Below, piece after piece: positions 36,425-49,508 of a stretch of DNA of 64,000 nt. Position 1 is the first letter of the stretch. Every line of letters begins with the position of its first letter. The position numbers were made by a program, and so were the translations under genes. The notes beneath the pieces were generated by a model. That model was not told the origin of the DNA, searched no databases, and was given only the letters and a program-made list of their open reading frames with translations. The DNA is from Lama glama (Eukaryota): NCBI GenBank assembly GCA_028534125.1, contig CM052817.1:26600001-26664000 (forward strand), read 5' to 3'.

Positions 36425-38123
36425 GCGTCAGCAAGATCGTGGACTCTGAGGTCCCCTACTTGTGTCCCCCCTCAGCAACAATAACTTGGCAGCTTTTCAC
36501 AGACAAAAGTGTCTTTGTGAGAGTGCTGTAGGATCCAGACAGGAGCCTATGAAACCCTAGACTGAGGAGAGCCATTTTGAGAAGGCAGGCATATGTCCGG
36601 GTGGCAGATTCACCAACTATGGTCCTGGTTACAGACCTGGAAATAATCCCTGTGGACTCAGCTACAGCTTGATTGTGGCTGGCCTTGGCCCTGCCACCAG
36701 CATCATCTGACAACAGACCTGGCAGGAGACATGCCCATCCATGTAGGTAGGCCTGCCAAACTCAGTCAAACCACAGATCTTGAAAGGACCTGCAATTAGG
36801 CCACAGCCCCTCTCAGCCATGGGCCAGGAATATGCCTGTCTGCCCAGGGGCCCACCAGGAGACATGCCCATCCCCACCTACAGAGACATGCCTGTTGACC
36901 TCAGTTCAACTGCCATCCTGAAGTGGCCCTATGACTCTGTTCCAGCCCCTTTCAACTGCAGTCCAAGAGCAGCCCTGCCCATGCAGAGACCCAGTGGGAG
37001 ACACACTCCTCGATGTCCCCAAAGGCAGGCCAACCAACCTGGGTCTGACAGCAGATTCTAAAACAACCCTATGACCTGGCTCAGGTCCTCTCAGCCTCCA
37101 GGGCCAGTCTGTCCTCCCAGGGACTTTATACCTCAAGGAACTAGAAAAAAAACGAAGAACAAACTAAGCCCAAGGTTAGCAAAAGAAAGGCAATAACAAA
37201 TATTAGAGAAGAAATAAATAAAATAGAGACTAGAAAGACTACACCAAAGATCAATGAAACTCAGAATTGGTTGTTTTTGAAAAGATGAACAAAATTGACA
37301 GATCTTTAACTAGATTAATCAAGAAAAAAGAGAGAGGACTCGAATAAATTTATAAATTAAGGAGAAGAGTTACAACTGATACTACAGAAATACAAAGGAT
37401 CATAAGAACAATTATACGCCAACAAATTGGGTAGCCTAGGAGAAATAGATAAATTCCTAGAAACACACAACTGAATCCTGAAGAAATATTCTGAAATGAC
37501 CAATAACAAGTAAAGAGATTGAATCAGTAATCAAAAACCTTTCAACAAAGAAAAGCCCAGGACCAGATGGCTTTACTGCTGAATTCTGCCAAATATTTAA
37601 GGAAGAATTAATACTAATTCTTCTCAAATTCTTTGAAAAAAAATGAAGAGGAGAGATCACTTTCAAACTCATTTTATGAGACCAGCATTACCTTTAAACC
37701 AAAGCCAGGTAAGGACACCACAAGAAAAGAAGACTATAGGCCAACATACCTGATGAACATAGATGCAAAAATCCTCAGCAAAATATTGGCAAACTGCCTT
37801 CAACAACACATTAAGAGGATCATACACTATGATTAAGTGGGATTTATTCCTGGGGTGCAAATCAATACACATGATACACCACAATAACAGAATGCAGAAT
37901 TATAATCTTCATCTGAAATGTTCTCACCCCAAACACACACAAAATAGTAACTATGTAAGGCAGTGGATGTATTAATTAACTTGATTGTGGTAATCATTTC
38001 ACAATGTGTGCATATATTAAACCATAATCTGAGACACCTTAAAAATCAGATTATACTACCTAAATATATATAATTTTCATTTTTTATAATAAAATTTATA
38101 GTTTCCTTAATAAATCTGATTGA
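36425..38123 (+). mobile_element. Internally deleted L1 (5'UTR + mid-ORF2 + 3' end) nested in an older L1
   Basis: GC-rich 5'UTR-like segment to ~37122, ORF2 RT-proximal segment (...[20 protein letters not shown]...) to ~37900, then an L1MA-like 3' end with AATAAA. TSD aaaaatctagaagg/aaaaatttaggagg (12/14). Confidence 0.75.
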
Positions 38124-38160
38124 AAAAATTTAGGAGGCTACATGTAAGTGGCAGAGGAGG

Positions 38161-38412
38161 TTTTTTTTTAATTGAGGTATAATTGATATGACATATTAAT
38201 TTCAGGTATACAACACAATGATTCTAAAATTGTATATGTTGTGAAATGATTACCACAATAAGTCTAGTTAACATCTGTCACCATATATAGTTACAATGTT
38301 TTTTCTTGTGATGCAGTCTTTTAAGATCTACTCTCTTAGCCACTTTAAAATGCACAATAGAGTCTTATAAACTGTAGTCACTGTGCTGTACATTATAGCC
38401 CCATAACTTATT
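38161..38412 (-). mobile_element. L1 (L1MA-like) 3' end fragment
   Basis: Poly-T followed by attgaggtataattgatatgaca...ttttaagatctactctcttagc. Confidence 0.75.
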
Positions 38413-38414
38413 TG

Positions 38415-39300
38415 AGACCTTCTTAAACTAGAAATCAGAAGCTATAAAAGACAGACATATTCAATGACATGGAAACTAAAAATTTTTATGACAAAAATAT
38501 AATAAATATAGTGAATGAAAAAGTCAAATGATAAATGATAGACTTGGACACGCCATTAATACTGGTAATATTCAAAACTCTTACAAATGGATCAAAAAGA
38601 ATAAACAATCCAATCAAAACAATGAACAGGATGAAAAGACAATTCAGGAAAGGCAAATTGATATGGCTGAAAAACATATAAAAAGTTGCAAAAATACACA
38701 CATAGTCCAGAAATGCAATTTAAAGTAATACTATCTCATTTTTTACCAAGCTTGTTGGCATATATTTAAAAAGAGCTTGATATCTATGGCTGGTGGGAAG
38801 GGGTGAGGGCAGAGGGGGCTACTCTCATACACCATAAGTAGAAATGTGAAGTGCTATAATATTTTTGGGAAGCAACCTGGCAACATTTTAAAGTATTAAA
38901 AGTACATCCTACACCACAAAAATTCCACACCTGGGAATCTAGCCCACAGAAATAGAAGCCAAGGCAGGCAAGAATATACATCCAGAGATCTCTAATGCTT
39001 ATAATTCCCATCAACAGGGAAATGGTTGGGTAAAATATGGTATATTTATAGGATGGAATATAATGCAGTCAATAAAAAGAATATTTAGAGATACAGCAAT
39101 TGAAATGGAGGGCTTTCTACAAGATTTTGTTGAGAAAAGAAATATATGTAAAATATCTACAATATGATGACATTTTTATAAAATAAACAATGACAAAATA
39201 TATATGTATATAAATATGATTGATTACCTAAGCTTGAAGAAAAATGTGGAAGAATAAATACCAGAGTATTAACAAGGTTAGCTGGGGTAAGGGTGCTGAT
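38415..39300 (+). mobile_element. Old L1ME-like fragment (continuing 36040-36410)
   Basis: A-rich ORF2-end and 3'UTR motifs (ttttgggaagcaacctggcaaca, aattccacacctgggaatcta, aatataatgcagtcaataaaaagaat). Confidence 0.6.
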
Positions 39301-39631
39301 TGAAATTAGTTGAAAGGGGAGAAAAGAAGGAAGGAGCCAAACAAAAAAGAGAAAGAGGATTCACTAGAAAAAGTCAGTGCTTTTATATATCAAGACAAAA
39401 TTTTGAAGAATTAAAAATATTCACATTAAGTAAAGCCTCTGCTGTTCTCCCAGTTTGTTTATCACTCCCTCCTTTATGTTGTCTCTACAGCATGTACAGA
39501 TTTCTATGTTCACACCAAGCACTACAATTTTGTAATTTAAAAATGTCCACAGCTGTCTTAGATTGTGAGGATCTTGATGACAGAAATTGTATCTTACTTA
39601 TCTTCGTACATCTCATCATCAAGTTGGGTGT

Positions 39632-40094
39632 TGTGTTGGTTTCCAAAGGCTGCTGTAACACAGCACTGCAAACTAGGTGGCTTAAAACTAATGAAATTCA
39701 TTGTCCCACAGTTCTAGAGGTGAGAAGTAAAAAATCAAAGTGTCTGCAGGATGATGCTGTCTCTGAAGTTTCAAGGGAACAATGCTTCCTTGCCTCTTCC
39801 AGCTTCTGGTGTTTGCCCACAACTCTTGGTGTTCCTTGGCTTGTAGCTCTAGCTTTCCCATCTCTGCCTCTGTCTTCATATGGTGTTCTTCCTCTGAGTC
39901 TGTCTCTGTATCCAAATTTCTTTCTTCTCATAAGGACACTAGTCATTGGATTAAGGACCCACTCTAATCTACTAGAACTTCACCTTAACTTGATTACATC
40001 TGCAAAGATCCTATTTCCAAATAAGGTCACATGCACAGGTATGGTGGTTAGGACTTCAACATATCCTTTTGGGGACACAATTCACCCTATGATA
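39632..40094 (-). mobile_element. MaLR solo LTR (MLT1C/D-like)
   Basis: tgtgttggtttccaaaggctgctgtaaca...cacagttctagagg...ttccaaataaggtcaca...ggggacacaattcaccc. Confidence 0.85.
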
Positions 40095-41639
40095 GTCATG
40101 TAGTAGATACTTGACAAAATAATGTTTTAATTTAATTGAAGTCACAGGCTCTTCATATTAAAAGAAAGATTCATAGAATAAGCAATAAAGTTCTAGTTAT
40201 CTAAGGGAAAGTATAATAAAAGGAAAGTATACACTGATTTGTAGCCAATAATTCATGCCAGTTGAGGGGAGTAAAGTAATAAAAATAAGCAGATAGGAGA
40301 AAAGTAAGGATGGAGATTATGAGAGATGTAATGAAAGATCTCTTTCTTTTCTACAGGTTTCTTTATCCAAGTCACAGCAATCCAAATGCAATAAAATTTC
40401 TACTTTACACAGTATGTACCTAATCACATTTAGAAATAAGTGACACACCACAGGTTGAAAATGCAAGGTTTAGGATTATTCAAGACATGAACACCCATTC
40501 TCAAATTAGGGAAGGGGGAGTTGTCTCCAGGGGACACAGCAGAATGGAGAAGTGGCTTTGGTTCAAAAAAGATTACTCCATATAGTTATTGTTTTCATTC
40601 ATCAAACTACAGGAAGCAAAACTAAATCTTGGCTGGTGGGGATATAAAACTTCAGTGTGAGAAAGCTTTGAAGGGAGACTAGGTTGATTTTTATAGTTGA
40701 GAAACACTAGGCAAGAATAATTCAGAATCATAAATTGTAAAACAATTCAGTATCTTCATGGAGACAATAAAAGTCTGGTTCTTCTTGAGTTTAGGGGGAA
40801 CAGCATTTTGACAAACTCTGCCTTCGAGTTCTCCTTTATGGCTATAAACCAGAAAAAGTTTCCTTTGCCCTATATCTGGTCTGAAGACTGTCGTTGGAGC
40901 CTGATTAATTTTGTCATTTACAGACTAACTCCACTTGCAGGTCCCAAGGCTAGAAGGTTGATATATAAATCCAAAGCAAGTGAAGTGCTTTGTTCCAAGA
41001 TCCTGGATATTTGTGACAGAGCTCTTCCCCCATCCCTGAGAGTCTTGGGCTGGGTCGAAGTGAATTCGAGGCCAAAGTTGATGTGATAGTCCTTGTTTTC
41101 TTGATTATTTAATGAATAAGTGGTGCACGACTATAGCAGTAATCGAACAGTTGCAAGGGCCTAGTATAGCCCAGAGGTGTCCCTGTAATCCAGAAAACCT
41201 ACTTAGAGATAGAGATTTGTTATTCTTCACCAGCTACATTGAATCCTTAATGGCTGCTTTTGTGGGAAGTTATTTAAGCTGTAAGCCTATCAGAGCCTTC
41301 ACATATAACTTAGCTGTAGATCATATAGCAACTGAGATTCTCACATCAGATAACTGGGCCAACATCCAGAGACCAGCTACTAGGCAGAGAGCAAGCCAAC
41401 ATCCAAGTGTTCTTTGTCCCTAGGGGTGGACTCCAAGTGTTCTAATCCCTGCCTCATCTTGGGCAACTGCTGTGGGGTCAGAGCTACAGAATTCTATCCT
41501 TTGTGGAGACCGGTTTTATTATTTGATTCAACACTTACTAGAGAATTAGGCAGTTACTTACAGTATTTTTTAGAATGTTCTGCAAATGGAACAAGTAATA
41601 AAAAAATTTTGCAATGAGAAAGAAAAAGAAGTAGAATGG

Positions 41640-41945
41640 CTTTCCGTACTTTTATCAGGGAGCAAAATCTTTCCCAGAAGCCCCAGCAGTATTCCTTGTA
41701 CATTTCATTGACCCAAACTTGGTCACATTGGTTACACACCCCTAAACCAATCACTGACAAAGGTTAGACCACACCTTTGCATAACTGGTTTTAGAGCAAT
41801 CAGATTTTTCCCCCTGGGGCTGGAAGAGGGGTCCACCTTCCCTTACCACATTGTGGCACTCCCAATACTGAACAAACAGCAGAGCTCTGTTGCCAAGGAA
41901 GATTTTGGTTGGGTAGCCAAAAGTGCGGATCACAACAACAGTGGG
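41640..41945 (-). mobile_element. MaLR LTR fragment (MLT1J-like)
   Basis: tttcccagaagccccagcag...cattgacccaaacttggtcaca...cccctaaaccaatcactgacaaagg. Confidence 0.6.
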
Positions 41946-42834
41946 AAAAAATAGAGTATAGGGCACTAATTAATCCAGGTATCTACACAACATTCTTTAC
42001 ATAATATAAACTTGTCCCTATCTTGCCAAAGTAGACAGCAACCTTGAATGAGAAGCAAAAACTCTTCTCTGGGTTCTTGTTTATTGCAAGTAGTCCAATT
42101 AAAGACCCCACCAACTCTGAGACGAATCAGCCAATACCAATACAAGATTGGTTCCTAAAACCAACTGAAAGTCTGAAACTTAAACCCTTTACTAGTTTTC
42201 CTCAGAATGTGTCTGCTTTGATAAATATAAAAAGAACTTAAGAAATGAAGTAAATATTAAGCCAACATGAAAATCAGAAAAGAAAAAAGAAACAAAAATG
42301 TTGAACAAGACTTTGAAACTACGTCCATTAAGTCAACCTTAATGCCTACGAATTATCGACTACCACCCAGTTATGAGTGACAGAAATAATATAAAATGAA
42401 AGTCACTGTCTCAGAGGTTAAAATGTTAGGTGCCATTCAATGCAGGGGATTCATTCTATTTTTTTAACCTTAAAGATATATGTGTGTGGTGTGTATAATT
42501 CTATTAATGGGAATTTCTTCTGCCTCCATTAAAATAATGACAAATATTTACTGAACATTGCTTTGAAAAGGTGCCCAATCCTACCCTGTCTAGAACACCC
42601 AATCTGGCTCTGTCAGTGAGACAGTGGGTGCCGGAGGCAGGGACTTTGGCATTCAGCAAGCTGGTCTTGAACACGGGCTGCAGCACCACCTCTGTGAACT
42701 TGAGCAGACCCTTAATCTTTTTGACTCTCAGATCCTGAGTTGTAAAATGAGAACAACCCTCACAGTGTTGCTGTTCTTATAAGGTGCCTGATTCATAGTA
42801 AATGCAGTTACTTTTAACTCTTTGTTAGGAGCCA

Positions 42835-43006
42835 TAGTTTTCAGTATGGGGTTCCCAGACCAGCAGCAGCACATACTTAGGAATGTGTTAGAAATTCTGG
42901 GGTTCCATCTAAGAGCTACTGAATCAGAAATTCTGAAGTGGGCCCAGCAATTGGTTTCAACAGGCCCCCTGGGATTCTGATGCACACTCATGTTTGAGAA
43001 CCACTG
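42835..43006. mobile_element. MER5A MITE
   Basis: ttcccagaccagcagcagca...ctactgaatcagaaattctg...tttgagaaccactg. Confidence 0.8.
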
Positions 43007-43057
43007 TGTGGAGCAAGGGCAATGGTCAAACTGCTGGCATTGAAACCAGCTCCACTT

Positions 43058-46000
43058 GAGAATTCCAGTCAAGATGGCAGAGTAGTAGGACCACAAATTC
43101 ACCTTTCCTCACAACTGCAACAAAACCACAACTGACTGGTAAACAACCATCAATAAAAAATAAAAATACTGGACCCTACCAAAAAAGATCCTCTTCAACT
43201 GGAAGCATAAAGAGGGAACCTCAGCAGGATGGTAGGAGGGATGTGCTCACAATATAATTAGGCCCCATGACCCCCGAGGTGGGCAACCCACAAGCTGAAG
43301 AATAATTAAGTCACAGAGGCCCTCCCACAGGAGTGAGACTTCTGAGCCCCATGTCAGGCTCCCCAGCCCGGGATTCTGGCATTGGAAGGAGGAGATCCCA
43401 GAGCATCTGGTTTTGAAGGCCAGTGGGGCTTAACTGCAGGAGCCCCACAGGACTGGGGGAAACAGAGACTTCACTCTCTTGGGAAGTGCACATAGAATCT
43501 CACACATGCCAGGTCCAAGGGCAGAGGCAGTGATTTCATAGGAACCTGGGCCAGACTTGCCTAATGGTTTTGGAAGTTCTCCTGGGGAGGAAGGGGTCAG
43601 CTGTGGCTCACCCTGGGGACATAAGAGCTATTAGTGGACATTTGGGGAGTATTCATCTACATGAGCTTTCCTGGAGGCTGACATTTTGCTTGAGTCATTA
43701 GCACCAAGACCTGGATCCACCTAACAGCCTGTAGGCTTACAAGCTGGGATACCTCAGGCCAAACAACATACTGGGTGGGAACACAGCCCCACCCATTAGC
43801 AGACTTCCTGAGCCCACAGCCACCTCAAGGCACACCCCTAGGCACAGCTCTACTCACCAGAGGGCCAGGATCCAGCTCCACCCAGCTGTGGGCAGGCCCC
43901 AACTCCTCCTGCCAGGAAACCTGCATAAGCCTTTAATCCAGCCTCATCCAACAGGAGCCACATACCAGAAGCAAGAAAACAACAGTCCCAAAGCTTGTGG
44001 AAGGAATACACAAACACAGGCCAGACTCTACACTGGGACTGGCTGGACCATGGTCCTTGGGTGACAAGAGAGGAGTGTACTGCTGGGATGCATAGGACGT
44101 CTCCCACAGAGAGCCACTTCCCCAAGGTCGAGAAACATAACTAACCTACCTAAAAATACAAATAGAAATTTAGACAATATGAAGCAGCAGAGGAATATCT
44201 TCCAGGCCAAGGCACAAGATTAAATCCCAGAAGAAGAAATAAGTGATGAGAAGATAGGCAATCTACCTGAGAAAGAGTTCAGAGTAATTATGGTGAAGAT
44301 GTTCAGAGGTCTCAGAAGTAGTACAGTTGCACAGGGAGAAGTTTTTAGCAAAGAGTTAGAAAATATAAAAAATACCCAAACAGAGTTGAAGAAAGCAATT
44401 ACTGAAATAAACACACTAGAAGGAACCAAAAATAGACTAAATGAGGCAGAAGAACAGATCAATGAGCTAGAAGACAAATTAGTGGAAATCTCAGCTACAG
44501 AACAGAAAAAAGAAAAAAAGAATGAAAAGAAATGAGGATAGTTTAAGAGAACTCTGGGACAACATACAGTGCACTAATATTTGCATTACAGGGGTCCCAG
44601 AAAGAGAAGAGAGACAGAAAGGACCTGAGAAAATATTTGAAGAGTTATAGCTGAAAACTTCCTTAACTTGGGAAAGGAAACAGTCACCCAAATCCAGGAA
44701 GCACAGAGAGTTCCACACAGGATCAACCTAAAGAGGAACACACCAAGGCATACAGTAATCAAACTGACAAAAATTACAGATAAGGAGAAAATATTAAAAT
44801 CAGTAAGAGAAAAGCAACAAATAACATACAAGGGAACTTCCATAAGGTTATCAGCTGATTTTTCAGCAGAAACTCTACAGGCCAGAAGGGAGTGGCACAA
44901 TATATTTAAAGTGATGAAAGGGAAAAACAACCAAGAATACTCTATCCAGCAAGGCTCTCATTAAGATTTGATGGAGAAATCAAGAGCTTCACAGATAACA
45001 AAAGCTAAAAGAATTCAGCACCACCAAACTGGCTTTACAACAAATGTTAAAGGAACTTCTCTAGGTAAAAAAAGAAAAGGCCACAACTAGAAACAAGAAA
45101 AGCAATCATGAGGGGAGGAGGGTACAAATGCAGGGTATCTAAAATGCATTTGAAATTATGATATCATCAACTTAATATAATCTTGTATATATATAGACTT
45201 CTATACCAAAACCCAATGGTAACTGCAAACCATTGTAACTCTACAGTCATCAAACCACAAGGAAAGAGAACAAAAAGAAGAAAGGGAAAAAAAAGACCTA
45301 TAAAAACAAACTCAAAACAATCAACAAAATGGCAATAAGAACATACATATTGTTAATTCCCTTAAACATGAATGGATTAAATGCACCAACCAAAAGACAC
45401 GGTTGGCTGAATGGATACAAAAACAAGACCCATATATATGCTATCTACAAGAGACCCACTTCAGAACTAGAGATACATACAGGCTGAAAGTCAGGGGATG
45501 GAAAAGATATTCCATGCAAATGGAAACCAAAAGAAAGCTGGAGTAGTAATACTTATATCAGACAAAACATATCTTAAAATAAAGATTATTACAAGAGATA
45601 AAGAGGACACTACATGCTCAAGAGATCAATCCAAGAAGAAGATATAACAATTGTAAATATATATGCACCCAGTATAGGAGCACTTCAATATATAAGGCAA
45701 TTGTTAACAGACATAAAAGGAGAAATCAACAATAACACAATAAATAGTGGGGAACCTTAACACCCCATTTACATCAATGGACAGATCATCCAGACAGAAA
45801 ATCAATAAGGAAAAACCACACTTAAAGGACACATTAGACCAGATGGACTTAATTGATAGCTATGGAGCATTCCATCCAAAAGCAACAGAATATACATTCT
45901 TCTCAAGTGCACACGGAACATTCTCCAGAATCGATCACATGCTGGCCCACAAAGCAAGCCTCAGTATATTTATGAAAATTGAAATCGTACTCAGCATCTT

Positions 46001-46249
46001 TTCTGATCACAGTGCTATGAGGTTTAGAAATCAACTACAAGAAAAAAACTGCAAAAACTGTAAACATGTGGAGGCTAAACAATATGGTACTAAACAACCA
46101 GTGGCTCACTGACGGAATCAAAGAGGAAATAAAAAACATACTTTGAGACAAATGAAGACAAAAACACAATGATCCAAAACCTCTGGGACTCAGCAAAAAC
46201 AGTTCTAAGAGGGAAGTTTATAGTGCTACAAGCCTACTTCAGGAAACAC
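43058..46249 (+). mobile_element. 5'-intact, 3'-truncated L1 (5'UTR, ORF1 remnant from 44179, first ~920 nt of ORF2 from 45329)
   Basis: Same family as the L1 at 25407-32273. Perfect 16-bp TSD gaaaccagctccactt at 43042-43057 and 46250-46265. No 3'UTR or poly(A). Splits a MIR that resumes at 46266-46465. Confidence 0.92.
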
Positions 46250-46869
46250 GAAACCAGCTCCACTTTCTACTGTGTGATCTTGAGTAAGTTACTCAACTTC
46301 CTTGTGCCTCAATTTCCTCATCTGCAAAATGAGGTTAATGGTTATAAGGGGTATATCTGTCCCACAATGAACTGCTGTAAAGACTGAATAAGCTAATACA
46401 TATAAGGCTCTTAAATGGGACTTAGACTATAGTAAGTGTTTAAGAAATGCTAACTGGTATAATTAATTATTAATAGTCCTATTGTAGTTCTTGTCCTGGT
46501 ATGAACATTTCCAGGCCAAGGGTGACTGGGGTAAGGTGACAGGTCCACTGTGATGTTTTGGCATCCCTAAATATTTCCCCTGTTCTGGAACTTCTGCTCC
46601 ACTCTCATCCACAATAGTTTGAGGAAACTTGGGAATGGTAAGAATATACAAAAAATATGTCTTTGCCAAGAAATTGCTAAGTCTTGTCCTGTTGAGACAT
46701 TGAGGGAGCAGATTAAATCCTGTTTGAACTGTCGATCCCTGTGCATCATGGGGATTCAACCAAATTTAACTGGTTCTTATGAGTTCAATTTTCTTTTGTA
46801 AATGCTAATTAGCTTTTTAAATTTAAGAAGTAATTCATAAAGAGAACAAATACTCTATAACTCCACTAG

Positions 46870-47130
46870 GTATGAGCTACCTAGTGGTCAAATTCATAGA
46901 GACAGATAGCAAAATGGTGATTGTCAGGGCCTGGAGGGAAGGAGAAATAAGGAGTTAGCATTTAAAGGGTTCAAAGTTTCAGTCTGGGAAGATGAAAAAA
47001 AGTTCTAGAGGTTGATTTTGGTTGCACAACAATGTGAATATACTTAACACTACTGAACTGTATGCTTAAAAATGGTTAAAATGGTAAATTGTATGCTATG
47101 TGTATTTAAACACAATTTACAAATGAAAAA
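46870..47130 (+). mobile_element. L1MB-like 3' end
   Basis: caaattcatagagacagatagcaaaatggtgattgtcaggg...aatgtgaatatacttaacactactgaactg. Confidence 0.75.
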
Positions 47131-47512
47131 AGAATTGATAAAAAAAGTTATACATGGATTTGGAGGGGGGACTATGCAGAAAAAAAGTTTTTAAAAAGAA
47201 TCTCATAATTCTGGGATGCAGGCAATGTTCTGTTATTTCACCTGGTTACATTGGTCCTGATTTTATAATATTCCATCAAGCTGTTCTTTTATGCAGTCTT
47301 ATGCCTTTGTGTTATATCACAATAAAAAGCTGGGACAAGGTATGAGAATGATAAATACTTAAAAATCATCATCCATAGATCTGCAGATCTATCCAGAGAC
47401 AATCACTATCAATGATTTTGGATATTTTCTTTCTAGTTTCTTCTGCATCTAGCTATATATTTGTTATTCACTCATTCAGCTAGTGACTACGGAGCACTGT
47501 TTTAATGTGCTG

Positions 47513-48072
47513 GGGTATACTAGTTATCTACCATTGAATAGGAAGTTACCCCAGAACGTAGCAATTTCAATCAACAAACATTTACTATCTCACAATTTCT
47601 GTAAGTCACGACTCTGGACATGGCATGCATAAGTGCCTCTGATGTAAGGTCTCTCATGAGGTTGTACTACCATTGGGCCATAGTTTCATCTGAAGACTCA
47701 GAAGAGTATCTACTTTTAAACTCACTCACATGGGACTCTCTTCCTCACGGCTGTTGAGCTAAGAGCCTCAGTTCCTTGCTAGCTCTTGCCTGGAGGCCTC
47801 CTTCACTTCCTTGCTGCTCAGATGTCTCCACCAGGCTGCCCCACAACATGGCAGCTGGCTTCCCCCAGTGCAAGTGGTCTAAGAGAGAGAAAGAATTCTC
47901 AAGACAGAAGTCACCAACTTTTCATAGCCTAAGGTCAAAGTGACACTTTTGCTGTATTCAGTTTGTTAGAAGCAAGTCCATACATCCAGCCTACACTCCA
48001 GGGATGAGATTACACAGGGCAGAACACCAGCATATGGGGATCACTGGTGCCATCTTAGAGTCTGCTGCCCAC
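47513..48072 (-). mobile_element. MaLR solo LTR (MLT1F-like) in an L2
   Basis: aacaaacatttactatctcacaatttctg...aacatggcagctggcttccccc...ggtgccatcttagagtctg. Confidence 0.7.
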
Positions 48073-49508
48073 GGGGATGTCGTAGTGGACAAAACAGACA
48101 AATAACCCTTCACTCACGCAGCTCCCATTCTTGTGGGGGAAGTCAAATACCTGGTATGTTAGAAGGTGATAAATGCAAAGAAAGAAGATAAATCTTAGAA
48201 TTTTATACAGCCTTGTTCTTGGAGTAGAATTACTGAGTCCAAAGATCTAATTTTTAAAAAAGATTTGACTTTTTAAAAAATCAAGTGTTAGTTGCAACAA
48301 AAACCCAACTCTGACTCATTTATGCAGAATTAATTAACTAATTTTACTTTATTGAAAGGCCTGTGAGTAGTGCACAGAATCTCAGGGCAGACAAGACAAC
48401 CCCGGCCAGGAACAATGCCTCCAATCGCATGACAGAGCTGATCATATCAATTCAGCATGGCCATCACTGCAGGGCACGGACTCTACAGGCTTTAGTACAG
48501 ATATTGTAGAGCTTGGACAGTGGACACAGGCGCCAGAACCAACTCATCTGCCACCTCTGTTGCTGCCATCTTTGCCAGGAGGTGTTTCATTAAGTCCCCA
48601 TTTCTATACATCAGCGGCACTCGATCCAGGTCATATATCTGCTAGGTAAAGCCTAGATCGGAGCCACAAGGGAGACTAGGAAAACAAGTTCTTGGCAAGT
48701 TTAACTTCCGTGGTAGGAAGTGGATTTTATTTCATAAAGAGGTTCAGATGCTGGGTGGTCAAAGGGAGAATGAACACCCACCAAAGCTATTTTTAAGATT
48801 CTCAATACTTACTTCCAAGGGGCTTTCGTGCAGTATTGTGCCAATTAGTTTGCTTGTCAGCGGTCTATTTGTCCAGTGCATTGGATCCTGACTGGCGATG
48901 ATAGTTTCCATCTATTTTCAATCCACACTCACCTTCTTGGTGACCTCATATAGTCTTAAAAACTGCTGATAACTCCGAAATTCTTTTTATTAATTAATTA
49001 ATTTATTTAACTCCAAAATTCTTTACATCCACCTTGAGCTCTCCCCTGAACTTGACTCACAGATCCAACTACCTTCCGCACCTTTCTACTGGATGTCTGT
49101 CAGGGATTTCATGTTTAACATGTCCAAATAACAAAGATTCTGATATCACTACTGCCCCCTCAACCCCATCCCTGCTAAAAACCTATGTCTTCTTCCCTCA
49201 TCAATAACTGAGAACCTTTCCCCTAGTAGTTCAGGCTAAAATCCTTAGAGTCATCCTTTACTCCCATCTTTTTCTCCTACCCAGGATTCAATCTATCAAT
49301 CAGTCCAGTCAGCTGTACCTATCCTCAAAATGATCAGAATCCAACGCCTTCTACTTCACCCACCACGATTACCTGGTCCCACCACTAATATCTCTTGTCT
49401 GGGTTGTTGTGATAACCTCCTACCCAGTCTCCCAGCTTCTGCCCTTGGGAACCTAGAGTCTGTTCTTAGCCCAGCAGTGAGAATGATGCTGTTAAACTGT
49501 AAATCAGT

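Noticed and set aside
39300..40103. 267-aa ORF, the longest in the track
   Set aside because: It starts at TTG, and more than half of it is an antisense MLT1 LTR; no domain signature. A chance ORF.
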